A DNA stretch of 63,737 bases, counting the filler, from Octopus bimaculoides (taxonomy: Eukaryota), in the NCBI RefSeq assembly GCF_001194135.2. It is 9 parts of 8 records of this genome, joined end to end, with 100 filler letters (N's around TTAATTAATTAA, not from the genome) between each part and the next. Parts side by side here need not be neighbours in the genome. Positions count along the whole stretch, not along the records: positions 1 to 22,103 come from NC_068985.1; 8 more parts are not named here. One strand, written 5' to 3'. A model generated the notes under the pieces. The model worked only from the letters and a program-made list of their open reading frames with translations, was not told the origin of the DNA and did no database searches. A program made the position numbers and the translations under genes. Of the stretch, positions 1 to 12,300 are shown piece after piece (position 1 is the first letter of the stretch; each line of letters begins with the position of its first letter).

Positions 1-150
1 CACACATTGATTCTGATTCCTGGATCACACATTGATTCTGATTCCTGGATCACACATTGATTCTGATTCCTGGATCACACATTGATTCTGATTCCTGGAT
101 CACACATTGATTCTGATTCCTGGATCACACATTGATTCTGATTCCTGGAT
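1..150. repeat. Minisatellite, 6 perfect copies of a 25-bp unit (CACACATTGATTCTGATTCCTGGAT), open at the window edge
   Basis: Unit read directly; it repeats exactly at 1, 26, 51, 76, 101 and 126. Confidence 0.95.
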
Positions 151-703
151 TGCAATAACCGTCGCACTGCGTATTCCGACCGTAATTTCTTTATGGTCAG
201 TCTATTTGTATGTTGCTATTAAGGCTTTCTCGATCTTTGCTTTATCATCAGGGTTATTGACTGCTTCGGTACTTTTATATCGCCAGCGTAGCTGGTGAGA
301 AACATTAGTAGTCCCAGCAGAATTCCCTGAAACGGTCCGCTACGAATTGATCTCACCTCGAAGAGAGCACGATTGGTTGCAACTACCTGACTCTTGTTTT
401 TAAACTATTCAGCCGTTCCCTAGCTTTCGAATATATATATATATATATATATATANNNNNNNNNNNNNNNNNNNNNNNNNNNNNNNNNNNNNNNNNNNNN
501 NNNNNNNNNNNNNNNNNNNNNNNNNNNNNNNNNNNNNNNNNNNNNNNNNNNNNNNNNNNNNNNNNNNNNNNNNNNNNNNNNNNNNNNNNNNNNNNNNNNN
601 NNNNNNNNNNNNNNNNNNNNNNNNNNNNNNNNNNNNNNNNNNNNNNNNNNNNNNNNNNNNNNNNNNNNNNNNNNNNNNNNNNNNNNNNNNNNNNNNNNNN
701 NNN

Positions 704-738
<35 letters not shown>

Positions 739-2767
739 ACACATATATATATATATTCACTGAACAGGTAATGCTCTTTTTTAAACTCATACAAAAGCAT
801 CTAGAAATGTATAGATTTTGTTGTCAATTTTTTTTCCCCAAGTTTGCTTGTTTGTATCGGCCAGAGCTGAAATTATAGTATATATATATAAGCCAGACTC
901 AAAGCATTGCTGTCGTTTTGTTGCTCTAGAGTATTTCATCTTTCCAGACTTGATAGCACACACGCATGCGAGTACACACACTCATACGCACACACATACA
1001 CACACACACACACTCATACTCACACAGAGTCAGACACAAACACACACACACACACACATACAAGCTCACTCACATAATTAGAAGTATGACTGTGTATGAT
1101 AGACAGAAAGATGATAGATAGATAGATATAATTTTAAGTCTATCGATGGCTATGATCTACCGTTACAAGTATTAACTTTGTGTCTCTTCTAGACAAAATA
1201 AATCCTTATTATTGCAGCTGAGATATCGCCACTGACTGGAAGCATTAAACTAATCAGTAACAGATGTGAATATATATTGCAAAGCTTAGCAAACTGTTAA
1301 TTAATTTAGTTTTTGTTTTAGTTTTATCTTTTCTTTTTCATATACGAACATTTGTTTGAAATACTCAAGTAATCATAATATTTCGTTTATTTTGTTATTT
1401 ATGTTTTATTATTTTCTTTTTTTTTTGGCATATCTTCTTTTCTTTAGCTTTGGTAAAATTATTCGAGTATTATATAAATATATTAGGTATTGCTTCATGT
1501 TTGAACATGAAGCACATATTTTAGTAATAACTGCTCACCAACTGTTGACTATAAAGCTTACAGAAGTATAGAAAAAGACGACTGTTAATTACCTCACTAG
1601 AATTCAACTCTGCTTTCAAAATATATGTATTATTTTCTCTTAAAGCATGTGATGACTCTTCCTCAGCTATCATATCACATACGTTCATTTGCTCTTTCAT
1701 TCCTTTCTCAGGATTCAACGAATATTAAGCTAAAATTTTGTGAATGTCTGATGGACTTGGCTGATTCCCAATAACTGCAGGTCTATTGATTCGACATAAT
1801 TCAACGCAGATTTTTCTGATAGTCATCTTCATCTCAAATGTGTTCTTTATAGTAGAAATTTGCCGCAATATATATTTTTTTCAAAAATGTGAAACCACTA
1901 ATGCAAGCTACATGAATACAGTACTGTTAAATATACAGCAAACGTGATCTCGGCAGTAAGAAATTATCTGCCTTTCTATATTATAACTTAATATCAAACT
2001 GATTGAAAGAACAATTGAGAATTAACTACCTTTGGCACGTAAGCAGCAGGCCAATTGACTTACAGTTCGATTATTCATACTTTCGCATTGGTATATACGG
2101 AGAAGAAATTAAGAATATAGCTTTAGCTTACAGCAAACCTGGAAATTGTTATTACGCTTTTGTCTAAGAATCTTCGAATTATCTGCAGGCTTGTATAATA
2201 CCTATGTTTATACTTAGATGTTAAGAAGTAGGAAGATTCCCTTGCCATTTATATCAGAATGGAGTCTGTCCATAAATCTTATGAATCGCACACACACTCG
2301 CGCCCCCCCCCCCAGTCACATGCACATGTATGTGTGTTGTTAACACACATTACTGACATACTTGTATAGAAATATCAGGAAACACCACGAGGTATGAAAA
2401 ATAAAGTTCGATTAATATATATNNNNNNNNNNATATATATTATACTTGAGTGTGTGCGTGCGTGCGAGCGTGCGTGCGAGCGTGCGTGCGTGCATGCGTG
2501 TGTGCGAGCGTGTATGCGTGTGTGTGTGCGTGTGTGTGTGTGTGAAAAAACGTATGTATGTATGAATGTATGAAATACGTATATGTTATCTCTCAGTCAA
2601 GAAATATTTAATCTAATATTGATGACTTAAGCACAAAAGGATCAGAAATGATCATATCACAAAATTTTGTCTATATTCATTTCAGACGAAAAATAAACGG
2701 AAATGTTCCTTTATTTGCAGACAAACTTAAATATGATAAAAATAGTTGCTTCTAATTATGGAATAAC

Positions 2768-2810
<43 letters not shown>

Positions 2811-3176
2811 TTGACCCATCGTGTTCGTTTGATTCCAGGATCGTAAAGGACGAAGAAGAAAAACAGAAAATACAATCCCTTAAAGTTTCAATTAAGAAGA
2901 ATTTGGAGCATGGAAACAGTAATGTTTATGCATATAATAATTGGTGCGTTAGGAACAGTAAATCAAGATATAGACAAACGGCTGAAGGAGATTGAAATAG
3001 AATGCTCGGTAGAGCTCCCACAGAAGGATTGTCTCTTAGAGACAGCAAAGATTATCAGGAGGGTTCTAAGCACTTGAAAGACTGCTGGGAACTTGTGGAA
3101 ACCTCAGGTTACAGTTAGTAACCCGCTATCCACATAATTCCTACCAGAAATAAGACCGAACTTGGGCCAAACTAAA
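2811..3176 (+). mobile_element. 5'-truncated R4/Dong-type (restriction-like endonuclease) non-LTR retrotransposon 3' end
   Basis: Manual translation with one frameshift gives IDPSCSFDSRIV... then KYNPLKFQLRRIWSMETVMFMHIIIGALGTVNQDIDKRLKEIEIECSVELPQKDCLLETAKIIRRVLST* (TGA 3075-3077). This matches the RLE C-terminus pattern (KY..L..E...W; IGALG; LQK..LL.TA.I.R.VL). A short 3' UTR and (TAA)n tail follow. Confidence 0.8.
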
Positions 3177-5744
3177 ATAATAATAATAATAATAATAATA
3201 ATCTTTCCTTTATTGACCACAAAAAACAAAAGGACAATATAAAACTAGGGACAAGTGGGCTTCATACAAACAATATGTGCACGCAATAAAACAGTAACGA
3301 TTAACAACAAAATTTAAACATTAAAAATCCCCAAAAGCCACCCAGGAGCAACCAGAGAACCCCACACATTCTGGTCTCCTCCACTGCCAAGGTCACCTCA
3401 GGCAGGCATCTCTGTCTTCTTCATCCCATCCAGCCAACAGGCGTATGTTGAGAGTAGGCCCAATTCACACGGGCCATCCTCACGGCATTCACCCAACTTT
3501 CTATTGGGAGTGGGAGCAGCACTTCACTCTCCACCCTCACTTTCCTTTTCAAGTGGGACTTTACAAAGTCGATGAGGACTTGGCCAAAGACGTAAGTGTC
3601 TACCTTTGGTCTTTTCAACCTCTTCCACTACACTACCTTTTCTGTCATAACCACTGGCTGGAAGAAAACTGCCTGCACTTTCCGCCCAATAGAAGCCAGC
3701 AGACCAATCATCACAATGGACTCGGCCGATTGTTGGATCCGCCCTTTTGGCGAAGCTCCATACGTCAGCAGTGGCCAGACACTGATCAAATGCATGCAGG
3801 AACAGTTTCATCGTCCTACGCGCATCTCGGACAGATCCGCCTGACTGAACTTCCATGCCCATAGAGCTTATCTCGAACTGGAAGAGACACCTGGTTGCAC
3901 TGCCATACGAGGGATTTCTTGAAATTATCCATAGGCCTCTCAGGGTGGTCTTATCATCTAGATTTCCGACATGTCCGACACTGTTACAGTGACGTTGTCC
4001 GCATAAGCCCATCAATTTGAATCAATCAAAGAGATGCGATCCCCACAACGCACTCAGCCGATAGCCGGATCCGTCTTATATGTGACAAAAGGTGTTGAAC
4101 ATAAACCCACAAGTCAGCAATTCTTGGGCACTGGACAAGAGCGTAAAAGACAGCTCTGTCGCTCTGCGCACATCTCGAGTGAGCCCGGCTGACAGCACTT
4201 CCATGCCTGTATAATTTATGCTGAACCGGCAATGCACCTCGGTAATGCTGCGAAGCCAGAGGTTTCTAGGAATTATCCATGGGAACCGGCTCGAAAGCCT
4301 CTCGGAAAAGACCGGCCAGGTAATTCTCGTCGATACCGACAGTCTCTCCGAGAAGTCGTCGCTCTTTCCCGCCACTAATTCCCTATAGAATTTCCACTGA
4401 CCGCACTGCCCAACTGACAGAGGATTGTATGCGTCTGATGGCACTGTAAGTCCCAGGCACCATGCCTCCGTCTACGCTTGACCCAGTACAGCAGCTCAAT
4501 CAAAGAGATGAGCTGTAGCAGAGCTAGTCTGACAAACAGCGACCACACCTGCTCACCGTCAAGGAAACGCTGGCGATGTCGTAGCCTCGGCGCATATCTG
4601 CGCATCAGCAGCCACCATATGCCTAGTCCACTATTCAAGAAATGTTGACGACAAATGGAGCGCCCGACCGTTGGAACGCGTCCCTTGTACTGAAAGCCGA
4701 AGAGTATGCGCTCCAGTTTGTCATACATAAGCTAGTGAAAGGCACGGCAGTCAGATGGTAGTATATAACTCCATTTCTACTCGAATTTTTAAAGACAGTT
4801 TTCTGTCTTCCTATTTCTAGGTGGAATTTCTAGATGTTATTGAGCGGTATAGACCTACCTTTCCAAGTGCCACGCTGCAGACCTGCTGACTTTCTTTGGT
4901 TAAATTTTGCTCTTGTCACCGCCTCGTATTCTTTTAGAGCAGTGCTAATCAGGTCTATATGTCTGGTGTTCGACCGCACAACGTTGATGTCTGCATATGC
5001 CGATGTCCTGTTTCGCGAGGGATGCCTCTCAACACCTCCAATTTCCGCAATAGTAGACCTAGAGTCAGTACATGCAGAAAAGACGAGTGGTGTACCATTA
5101 ATAAACCTGACTCATGATGCTGTTACCAGTTCGCGTATACGTCAGCCAGTAGGTGCCCGAACAAGTCTGGCATACATTTATACAGCTCGTACGGAAGATC
5201 ATCAAGTCCTGGCGACTTACCCGCTTTACAGTCGGCCATAGCCCCCATCACCTCCACAGGCGTGATCGGCTCTTCACAAGACACTCCGCATTTGACCCCG
5301 AGAGGCAGGGCAGCTCGGCAAGAAAGTCTTCGAGGACTCCCCCACAATCAGGACCGCCGTCACCCCCGAACAGCTGGGCGAAGTACTCCCGAAAGGCCTC
5401 ATACATTTTCTCGGATTCGTTTACCAAGACACCATTTTGATTCATCAAAGACCAAATAGTAGAACTATTTCCTTGCCGAGCTTCCACCACTCGGGCCCAT
5501 ACAGCGGCCTTGATTCCTTCACTTCCCATCGCACGTAACTTAGCTCTGGCAATACTTCCCATATGTTGGGCTTCAAGATGCTGGTTTAACTCCAGTCTCT
5601 TTACCTTCACTTGGTCCGCATTACCAGTCCTCCAGGCTTCTTGTAGTTCCTTAACTAGACCATCTCTTATTCTAGTCCCTTCTTAGCTAAACTTATGCTA
5701 AACCTAATAGACTCATATTTGATGGCTATTTTTAGGGCGTACCA

Positions 5745-6278
5745 TCATTTGTTATTAATGATGGTACTTGTAAATGCCCTCTGTATTAACATCTCAATCC
5801 GCTTTCTGTACTTCTCAATCGCCAAAAGTGACGTATTGTCGTTCCAGCAGCCAGGTCCCTGTCTATGCAACTTACCTACTGTCAGCTTCCAGGTAACCAT
5901 CTTGTGATCACTGTAGCTGACTAGATAAAACTGTGGACACTTAACTATGGATTTATCTGTTTTTCTAATTAAAACCCTATCTAGATATGTTCTGGAAGGC
6001 CCGTCACTATTTGACCACGTCCACTGTGGAGTGTTCGGGTGTTCCAACCTATATGGATCTGCCAGCTGAAAGTGACTTAGCACATTCCGTAAGCCAGGGT
6101 TACATTTTCTATTCATGTTCGAGCCAAGACAATCTGTGGGTGTGTCTCCTATCAATACTAGCAAATGCGATATGGCCAAGAACTTGCCCAGGTCACGAAA
6201 ATATTCACTTTGCGGGCCCATAACGTTGGCTGCATAAATTGTAACCAGCCTGATTATCTTGCCACAACTGAATGTCAA
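5745..6278 (-). pseudogene. Apurinic-like (APE) endonuclease domain of Tx1-type ORF2
   Basis: Motifs RLVTIYA, LVLIGD, DPYRLEHP, QWTWSN, TYLDRVLI and YSDHKMV in the ORF track. Confidence 0.85.
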
Positions 6279-7034
6279 GTCGAGAACGACCGACCTGCCT
6301 TTTGGATCAGAAAAAAAACTTTTTCTATGCTACCCGGTTTCTTTTTAGTAGAACCAACACCCCAACCCCACCTCCCGCCCGACTCGGAGAAACGTATTTC
6401 TCATANNNNNNNNNNNNNNNNNNNNNNNNNNNNNNNNNNNNNNNNNNNNNNNNNNNNNNNNNNNNNNNNNNNNNNNNNNNNNNNNNNNNNNNNNNNNNNN
6501 NNNNNNNNNNNNNNNNNNNNNNNNNNNNNNNNNNNNNNNNNNNNNNNNNNNNNNNNNNNNNNNNNNNNNNNNNNNNNNNACGAACATTTACACAATGTCT
6601 TGTGGAGAGGGACTCTCTACCTTTTCTTGACAGAGGGCCGGTGCTGGCAAGTCTGAAAAAGTCGATTGATTAAAATCCAGTCTCATCATCGACACCGATT
6701 TTCTTACGTGCTAATAAATACATTATGAATTTTTTTATCCATTTCGTAGAACTCGTAGTTCTTATATTTATCAGAAAGGTCTGCAATCCTAATGGTTGAT
6801 TATTTCGCTTTTATTTCTCTCATTAAATCTTCATTTTTGCTGTATTTGTCTTCTGCGTCCTTCTTTACTATTTTGGCTTGTCTCTTCGCAGTTTTTTTTT
6901 TGGTCTTAGTTCGACTTGATTTTATTGATTTGAGCTTTCCATTTTTCTCTTGTTGTTAGTTGCTTTCTTTTCTTCTCTCTCTCTGTCCTCCTCCTCTCTT
7001 CCTCTCTCTCGTCTTCCTCTCTTCCTCGTCGTCT

Positions 7035-7864
7035 CTACAGCTGGCCACACTGGAAACATCGGGGCTTACGCCCCTCGACGAATACGTTAAGGAGTTCCTC
7101 CCCAATTTCTATTTTCGCCAGTAAATGTTCTAAAATTGACTGTCCTGCTTGTATTCGGAGGTGAACCGTTTGACCGGTCCAATAAGCCTTTTCTATGACG
7201 GTAGCCTGAAGTAGTGTTATATTATCTTCCTTTTTTACCTGGACTGCCGCCATCAGCCACATAGGGTCGACATGAGGTGGGACCCTTGGTATCTTGACGT
7301 ATCTTTGACGTATCTTTGACGTCCTCATTCCCATATATATTGGAATTAAAACAACGTCCTCCGTTTCTAAAGATTTAACTGAGTGCATTTGTGCAGTTTC
7401 TATATCTTTTAGTCGTACTTCGATAATACCTCTGATTAGTTATGTGATATCCTGCCAGATGGGTTTCATGTACTTCTCAACTTTTTCTTCGCTCACTCGA
7501 TCAACTTTTTTTTTCATTTTAGACAGTAAGATTTAAAAATAATTGGTTTTCTTTTTTCTAACATTAATAGTTCTTCCGGGGGTTGAACTTTCAAAACACC
7601 GTCTTCAATTGTTATCATACCTTTGTGCTTTATCAGGTCATTTTTGTTTGTCGACAGCTGGCGGGTTCCACATCCAGCCGCCAACGCAAAACCTTGAAGG
7701 CTTTTCATGTCAATATTCCTCTTTGCAACAGTACACATTGGTGGTTGGGGAAATTCACTTTCAGAAGAATCCGAAATATCGCCAAATATTAACCATTCGA
7801 TCTTTTTTGCCTCCCTATCGGTTGACGACTCTTCGCCAGACGAAGTTACACTTTTTGGCAGCAA
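7035..7864 (-). pseudogene. Tx1-type ORF1 (nucleic-acid binding, CCHC knuckle start), interrupted by stops
   Basis: ORFs 7514-7864 and 7035-7388; VxGRxPxCxxC knuckle; position upstream of the APE domain. Confidence 0.75.
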
Positions 7865-8067
7865 TTAATGTTTCCCCCACAGGGGAAAACACACGATAGT
7901 TTTCGAACGAAGACTAACACACAAATAATTATAACAGGAAATAACACAAAAACAGTCAATAGAAACTTGCACTTACTATACAGACGCACTCCAATAATAA
8001 TTACCAATAAATTCAAAATCACACAGACGAAATACCGACAAGCATTCCGCCCAGCGTGCTAACGTTT

Positions 8068-8302
8068 CTTATTTCTTTATGGCCCACAAGGGGCTAAACA
8101 TGGAGGGGACAAACAAGGACAGGCAACGGGATTAAGTCGATTACATTGACTCCAGTGCGTAACTGGTACTTAATTTATCGACCCCGAAAGGATGAAAGGC
8201 AAAGTCGACCTCGGCGGAATTTGAACTCAGAACGCAACGGCAGACGAAATACCGCTAAGCATTTCGCCCGCTGTGCTAACGTTTCTGCTAGCTCGCCGCC
8301 TT
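8068..8302 (-). mobile_element. tRNA-derived SINE family A with Tx1-like 3' tail
   Basis: Head AAGGCGGCGAGCTAGCAGAAACGTTAGCA and B-box-like GTTCTGAGTTCAAATTCC; body shared with more than 12 other copies in the window. Confidence 0.85.
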
Positions 8303-9708
8303 ATTTGTCAATATATATTTGAAGTTGTTTCCATTTTGATTTTCAAGCTGTACGTCAACCGAAATTATCTTACTAATTTTTGAAAACAAGTGAAAACCTT
8401 GAACGCATCATCTCCTCCGCAAGTAACATTTTATTTGAATAGCTAACAAAAATAATTAGAGCGCAAATGTAAATTAAACTGTTAACAGTTAAATTTACAT
8501 TTATCAAAAATAAATTAAATATATGTAAAATAGTTTTCAAGTATAGATAGATAGATAATGTCTTTAAGGATGGTAATATAAGTGTAATACAGACACTCAC
8601 CAGGTGGTGCCCAGATAAATCTGAAACTCCAACTGCTTAGTCAGTGTTAAAGTAGCACTAAAGTAGGAAAACGGCTATAATAACGGTCTTCATCGAATCA
8701 GAATGGAAGTAGAAAAGATAGATAAACAAAAGTTGATGTAAGGAATAAATTCAAATGGAAAATTGCATGTTTTGACCGAATTAATTAACCCTTCCTTTCT
8801 GCTCTGTCCTTCACTAAAATACATTCAACTTAATACTTCCTTCTTAAAAACTGCATTCCTCGAATCGCTGAATTAGCTAAACTTAAGGTATTTCTGGTAT
8901 TTAGCACCCATCCATCAATGTTTGCCCTTCTCCTCTTATCAACACTTCATTACATCTCCTGATCCCCATTCCATTATACTCACCTTTGTTTTCATCGCGA
9001 CTGACACACACTGCGATGTTCTTCGTACCACATAAACATCTTGTCTATAATTTCTATCTTTATTTTCGTCTTTTCCTATCTCCTCTGAGCCGACTGTGAT
9101 TTATTATATACAATGCGTCTTCTTGCGATCCTATATCGGCTGCTCACTATCATTTTCTTTCTAATGCTAATTCTTTTTTCGCTCAATACCACCTCACTTT
9201 GATATAGTTTCCTAGCCTATTTCACTATCTTTCAGTTTGATAGCCAATTTTAACCTTTACGTTTTCATTGGTACCCTTAACTGGCCTCTTTTGTCTATCA
9301 ACGCCACCTCGGCAACCCCACCCTTCTCACTCTATTCTATATTTCCCTTTATATGTCTCTCTTTATTCCAGCCCTAAAATTCTTATCGCTCTTTTCCTAT
9401 TGAATTCATATATATATTTATAAACACTTTTCTCTGCTAAGCTATTTGTTAGAGTCTTCTGATGAGAATAACATAATTTAGTATCACGGATCTCTCAAAA
9501 TCAGCGCTACTTGATACACCTACAACATTACTAGACCTCATCGCACATTTATTATTACCCGGCATGAACTTTTTGCTATCTTTACTTTAGGAATGATACA
9601 CCAGTCTACTGTTGCAAGAACTTTAGGTCTACACCACTGATATAACTGGAGTGCGTTTCGTAGAGTAACATATGAGCCCAGTCATTGATTCTTCATCCTC
9701 ATGCTTAT

Positions 9709-9741
<33 letters not shown>

Positions 9742-10065
9742 NNNNNNNNNNNNNNNNNNNNNNNNNNNNNNNNNNNNNNNNNNNNNNNNNNNNNNNNNNN
9801 NNNNNNNNNNNNNNNNNNNNNNNNNNNNNNNNNNNNNNNNNNNNNNNNNNNNNNNNNNNNNNNNNNNNNNNNNNNNNNNNNNNNNNNNNNNNNNNNNNNN
9901 NNNNNNNNNNNNNNNNNNNNNNNNNNNNNNNNNNNNNNNNNNNNNNNNNNNNNNNNNNNNNNNNNNNNNNNNNNNNNNNNNNNNNNNNNNNNNNNNNNNN
10001 NNNNNNNNNNNNNNNNNNNNNNNNNNNNNNAGAAAATGCTAAAATACTTTTATAAAGAACATTAC

Positions 10066-10105
10066 AGAACCGGTTTCGATCCTTGAGATCTTTTCAACAG
10101 TAAAT
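10066..10105 (-). ncRNA. Minimal type I hammerhead-like motif (CUGUUGA-AAA-GAUC/GAUC stem II-GAAACCGGUU)
   Basis: Reverse complement reads CTGTTGAAAAGATCTCAAGGATCGAAACCGGTTCTG. Stem II is GAUC/GAUC; stem III is the palindrome ACCGGU; stem I is weak. Confidence 0.5.
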
Positions 10106-11059
10106 ATGAACAATAGATTTTTGAAAAATTATTGAAAAATTAAATTTTGGTAAATTTAAAAGAAAAGTCTTTTTAAAGACATATTTTATAGTATTCAAGT
10201 AACAGCGGCATTTTTCTTGCTTCTGCTTGTCTCTGTCTCACTTGTTAACTCTTGTGGGTTCGAAGCAGAGAACCTGAGCAAACACTGTTAAGACATCTGG
10301 TCCGACGTTCTTGCACTTCCGCTAATCCAACGACCAGGATTGGTACTTTTTAATCGACTACAGAAGAATGAGACGAAATGTTGACTTCAATGGAATATGA
10401 ACTTAGAATGCAGAGAATCAGAACAAATACCATGTGTTATTCGACTGAGATTCTAACAGCTCAGTCAATTGACCGCCTATAGAGTAAGTCCCTTTTACAG
10501 CTAGGAAATGATTATTAAAACCAACGTAACGTATGAGAAGAGTAGAATAAAGGGTTTTAGGGCAGTTGGTTGCTATGAAAGCACATGAAATATAACTATT
10601 TATGTATATTGGTTCTTCCCTCATTTCAATGATGAGCATCCAGCTACTAGACAAACCGATCAACTGGACTATTATGTCTACTCGTCAAATTAAGGTGTTA
10701 ACGGCTGAGCATTTCACAAACAAGTGAAACTTTAAGGTAATTATCAGGCCAAATAAGCATAACACAAAATATGTCAAGGATGTATTTCCACGTTTCTGTC
10801 ATTTTATGCTAGTAGCAAATATCAATCTACTTTTGAAATGTACTTTTGATAAATTCGGTTTAGTTGCTTCATGGATGTTACGCAAGTCTTCAGATTGCAT
10901 TCGACAGGATTATCATACAGTTTACAACTACCCAATTTCATTCAAAAAGCTTGGCTCAACTCGAGGTTATAGTAAATTGCACCCTAGGTCCAACCCAGGA
11001 TCTTGTGAGTGTGAATGTCTTCATCTACTGTTACAAATAAAATAAGGTAAAGCAATATG

Positions 11060-11682
11060 GAAATCGAAATTCTAGAAATTTAATGGTCGTTACAGACTGT
11101 AAATTATTAATAAGAAAATATTCAGTGATTAGGTGAATTACGGTTGAAAATTATTAAAGGAAATAGCAACTAAGATAAAATAGTAGTGACAAGAATTAGA
11201 TACCGCAGAAAAAACAGAGAGATCATGAAACAATTCTCTTTTATTAAAAGAGAAGCATAATATGCAAGAATTTTTGTTTGGAAAGAAATGGAATTTCGTG
11301 ATAGTGAAATCAGAAGTGAAAACTAAAAATGAATGTTATGTAGAAGGAAAGCCAGTCGAACCTAAGATAGAGACCACAAAAGAACTCAGAGGAAATAATG
11401 CCAAATAAAGGAAAAAGGATAAAGAGTGGAGTCATAACACTTTCGATAAAAGAAAAGCAACATATTCTTAAATTGTGACTTAGATTTCAAAAAAATTGTT
11501 CCGTGATTAACACGAAAAATATTTAAAAAAATGGTGGAAGCGAGTATGTGGAAGAATTTGCATGGAATAGAAATTATATGAAGCTTCTGCAGGCTATAAA
11601 AGAGTACGAGAGAAATTATCCGTTATCTGATTGTTATTCTTTGCAAAAGAGAAAATTTGTTGTTAATGCCTGTTTTACATTT

Positions 11683-11770
<88 letters not shown>

Positions 11771-12300
11771 ATCTGCTGCTATCTCTCTCAATCTGTCATT
11801 ATTCCTTATAAAATAATTAAATATGCTTAAAGACGATGTTTTACTTTTAATAGTTTTAATATTTAAAATTATCTGCAAAAGGGAATTAGAAAACTGCCGG
11901 CAGTGATCATTCTGAAAGATATAACAATGCATGGACGGTTCATGAAGTAGTCCTAGATGTAGCAAGACTGATTAGCTCCAAGGATTTAGGTGCAGGTGAT
12001 AGAAAACCATATATTATATGAGGCACGCAGGAGAATAGCCTGGAAAAAATTATAAAACACAATACACAAGTGGTCAGGTTTTTAAAAAGATGAATATTCG
12101 AAGAAATGTGTCTGGTGCTGTTACAGAATACTGTATTGTGCCGAGTGAAACAATATCAAGAAATATACTGCCGCCTGGATTTATCCAAAAGCATAGAACT
12201 ACCTGCTCCTAGGGCTACTTTCTTATGTGTGGCCATGTATGTATTTGAAAAACTGTTAATCAGTACTGGAGTAAGATTACGCACTTTTGTTAAGTTAGAA
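11060..12300 (+). mobile_element. Highly decayed R4/Dong-like non-LTR retrotransposon fragment, interrupted by (CT)n at 11686-11765
   Basis: MHGRF at 11927 and QENSL at about 12028 resemble the conserved post-RT motifs MHG.F and AAQEQ.L of RLE elements. Purine-rich, with many stops. Confidence 0.4.

Larger units (their letters stand above)
3203..8020 (-). mobile_element. Decayed near-full-length Tx1/L1-clade LINE (ORF1 zinc knuckle; ORF2 APE-RT-C-terminal Cys/His)
   Basis: ORF1 7035-7388 ends VFVEGRKPRCFQCGQL. APE 5745-6278 has IYAAN, LIGD, WTW..., YLDRVLIR and SDHKMV. RT-0 region 5123-5347 has KSPGLDDLPYELY. SAYADI motif lies near 4985-5005. C-terminal C..C...HAL..CP-like segment at 4026-4232. 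T-rich 3' UTR ends at 3203. Many stops and frameshifts; RT subdomains about 1-3 are deleted near 5105; assembly gap 6406-6579. Confidence 0.9.

Noticed and set aside
8600-9660. Pyrimidine-rich segment with a CTGATGAG near 9469, possibly an old Penelope remnant
   Set aside because: No GAAA core or convincing protein motifs; too decayed to support.
10864-11006. Possible exon (tttag|...|gtgagt) with open frames
   Set aside because: Overlaps a dispersed homolog in which the splice sites and frame are not conserved; no recognisable protein.
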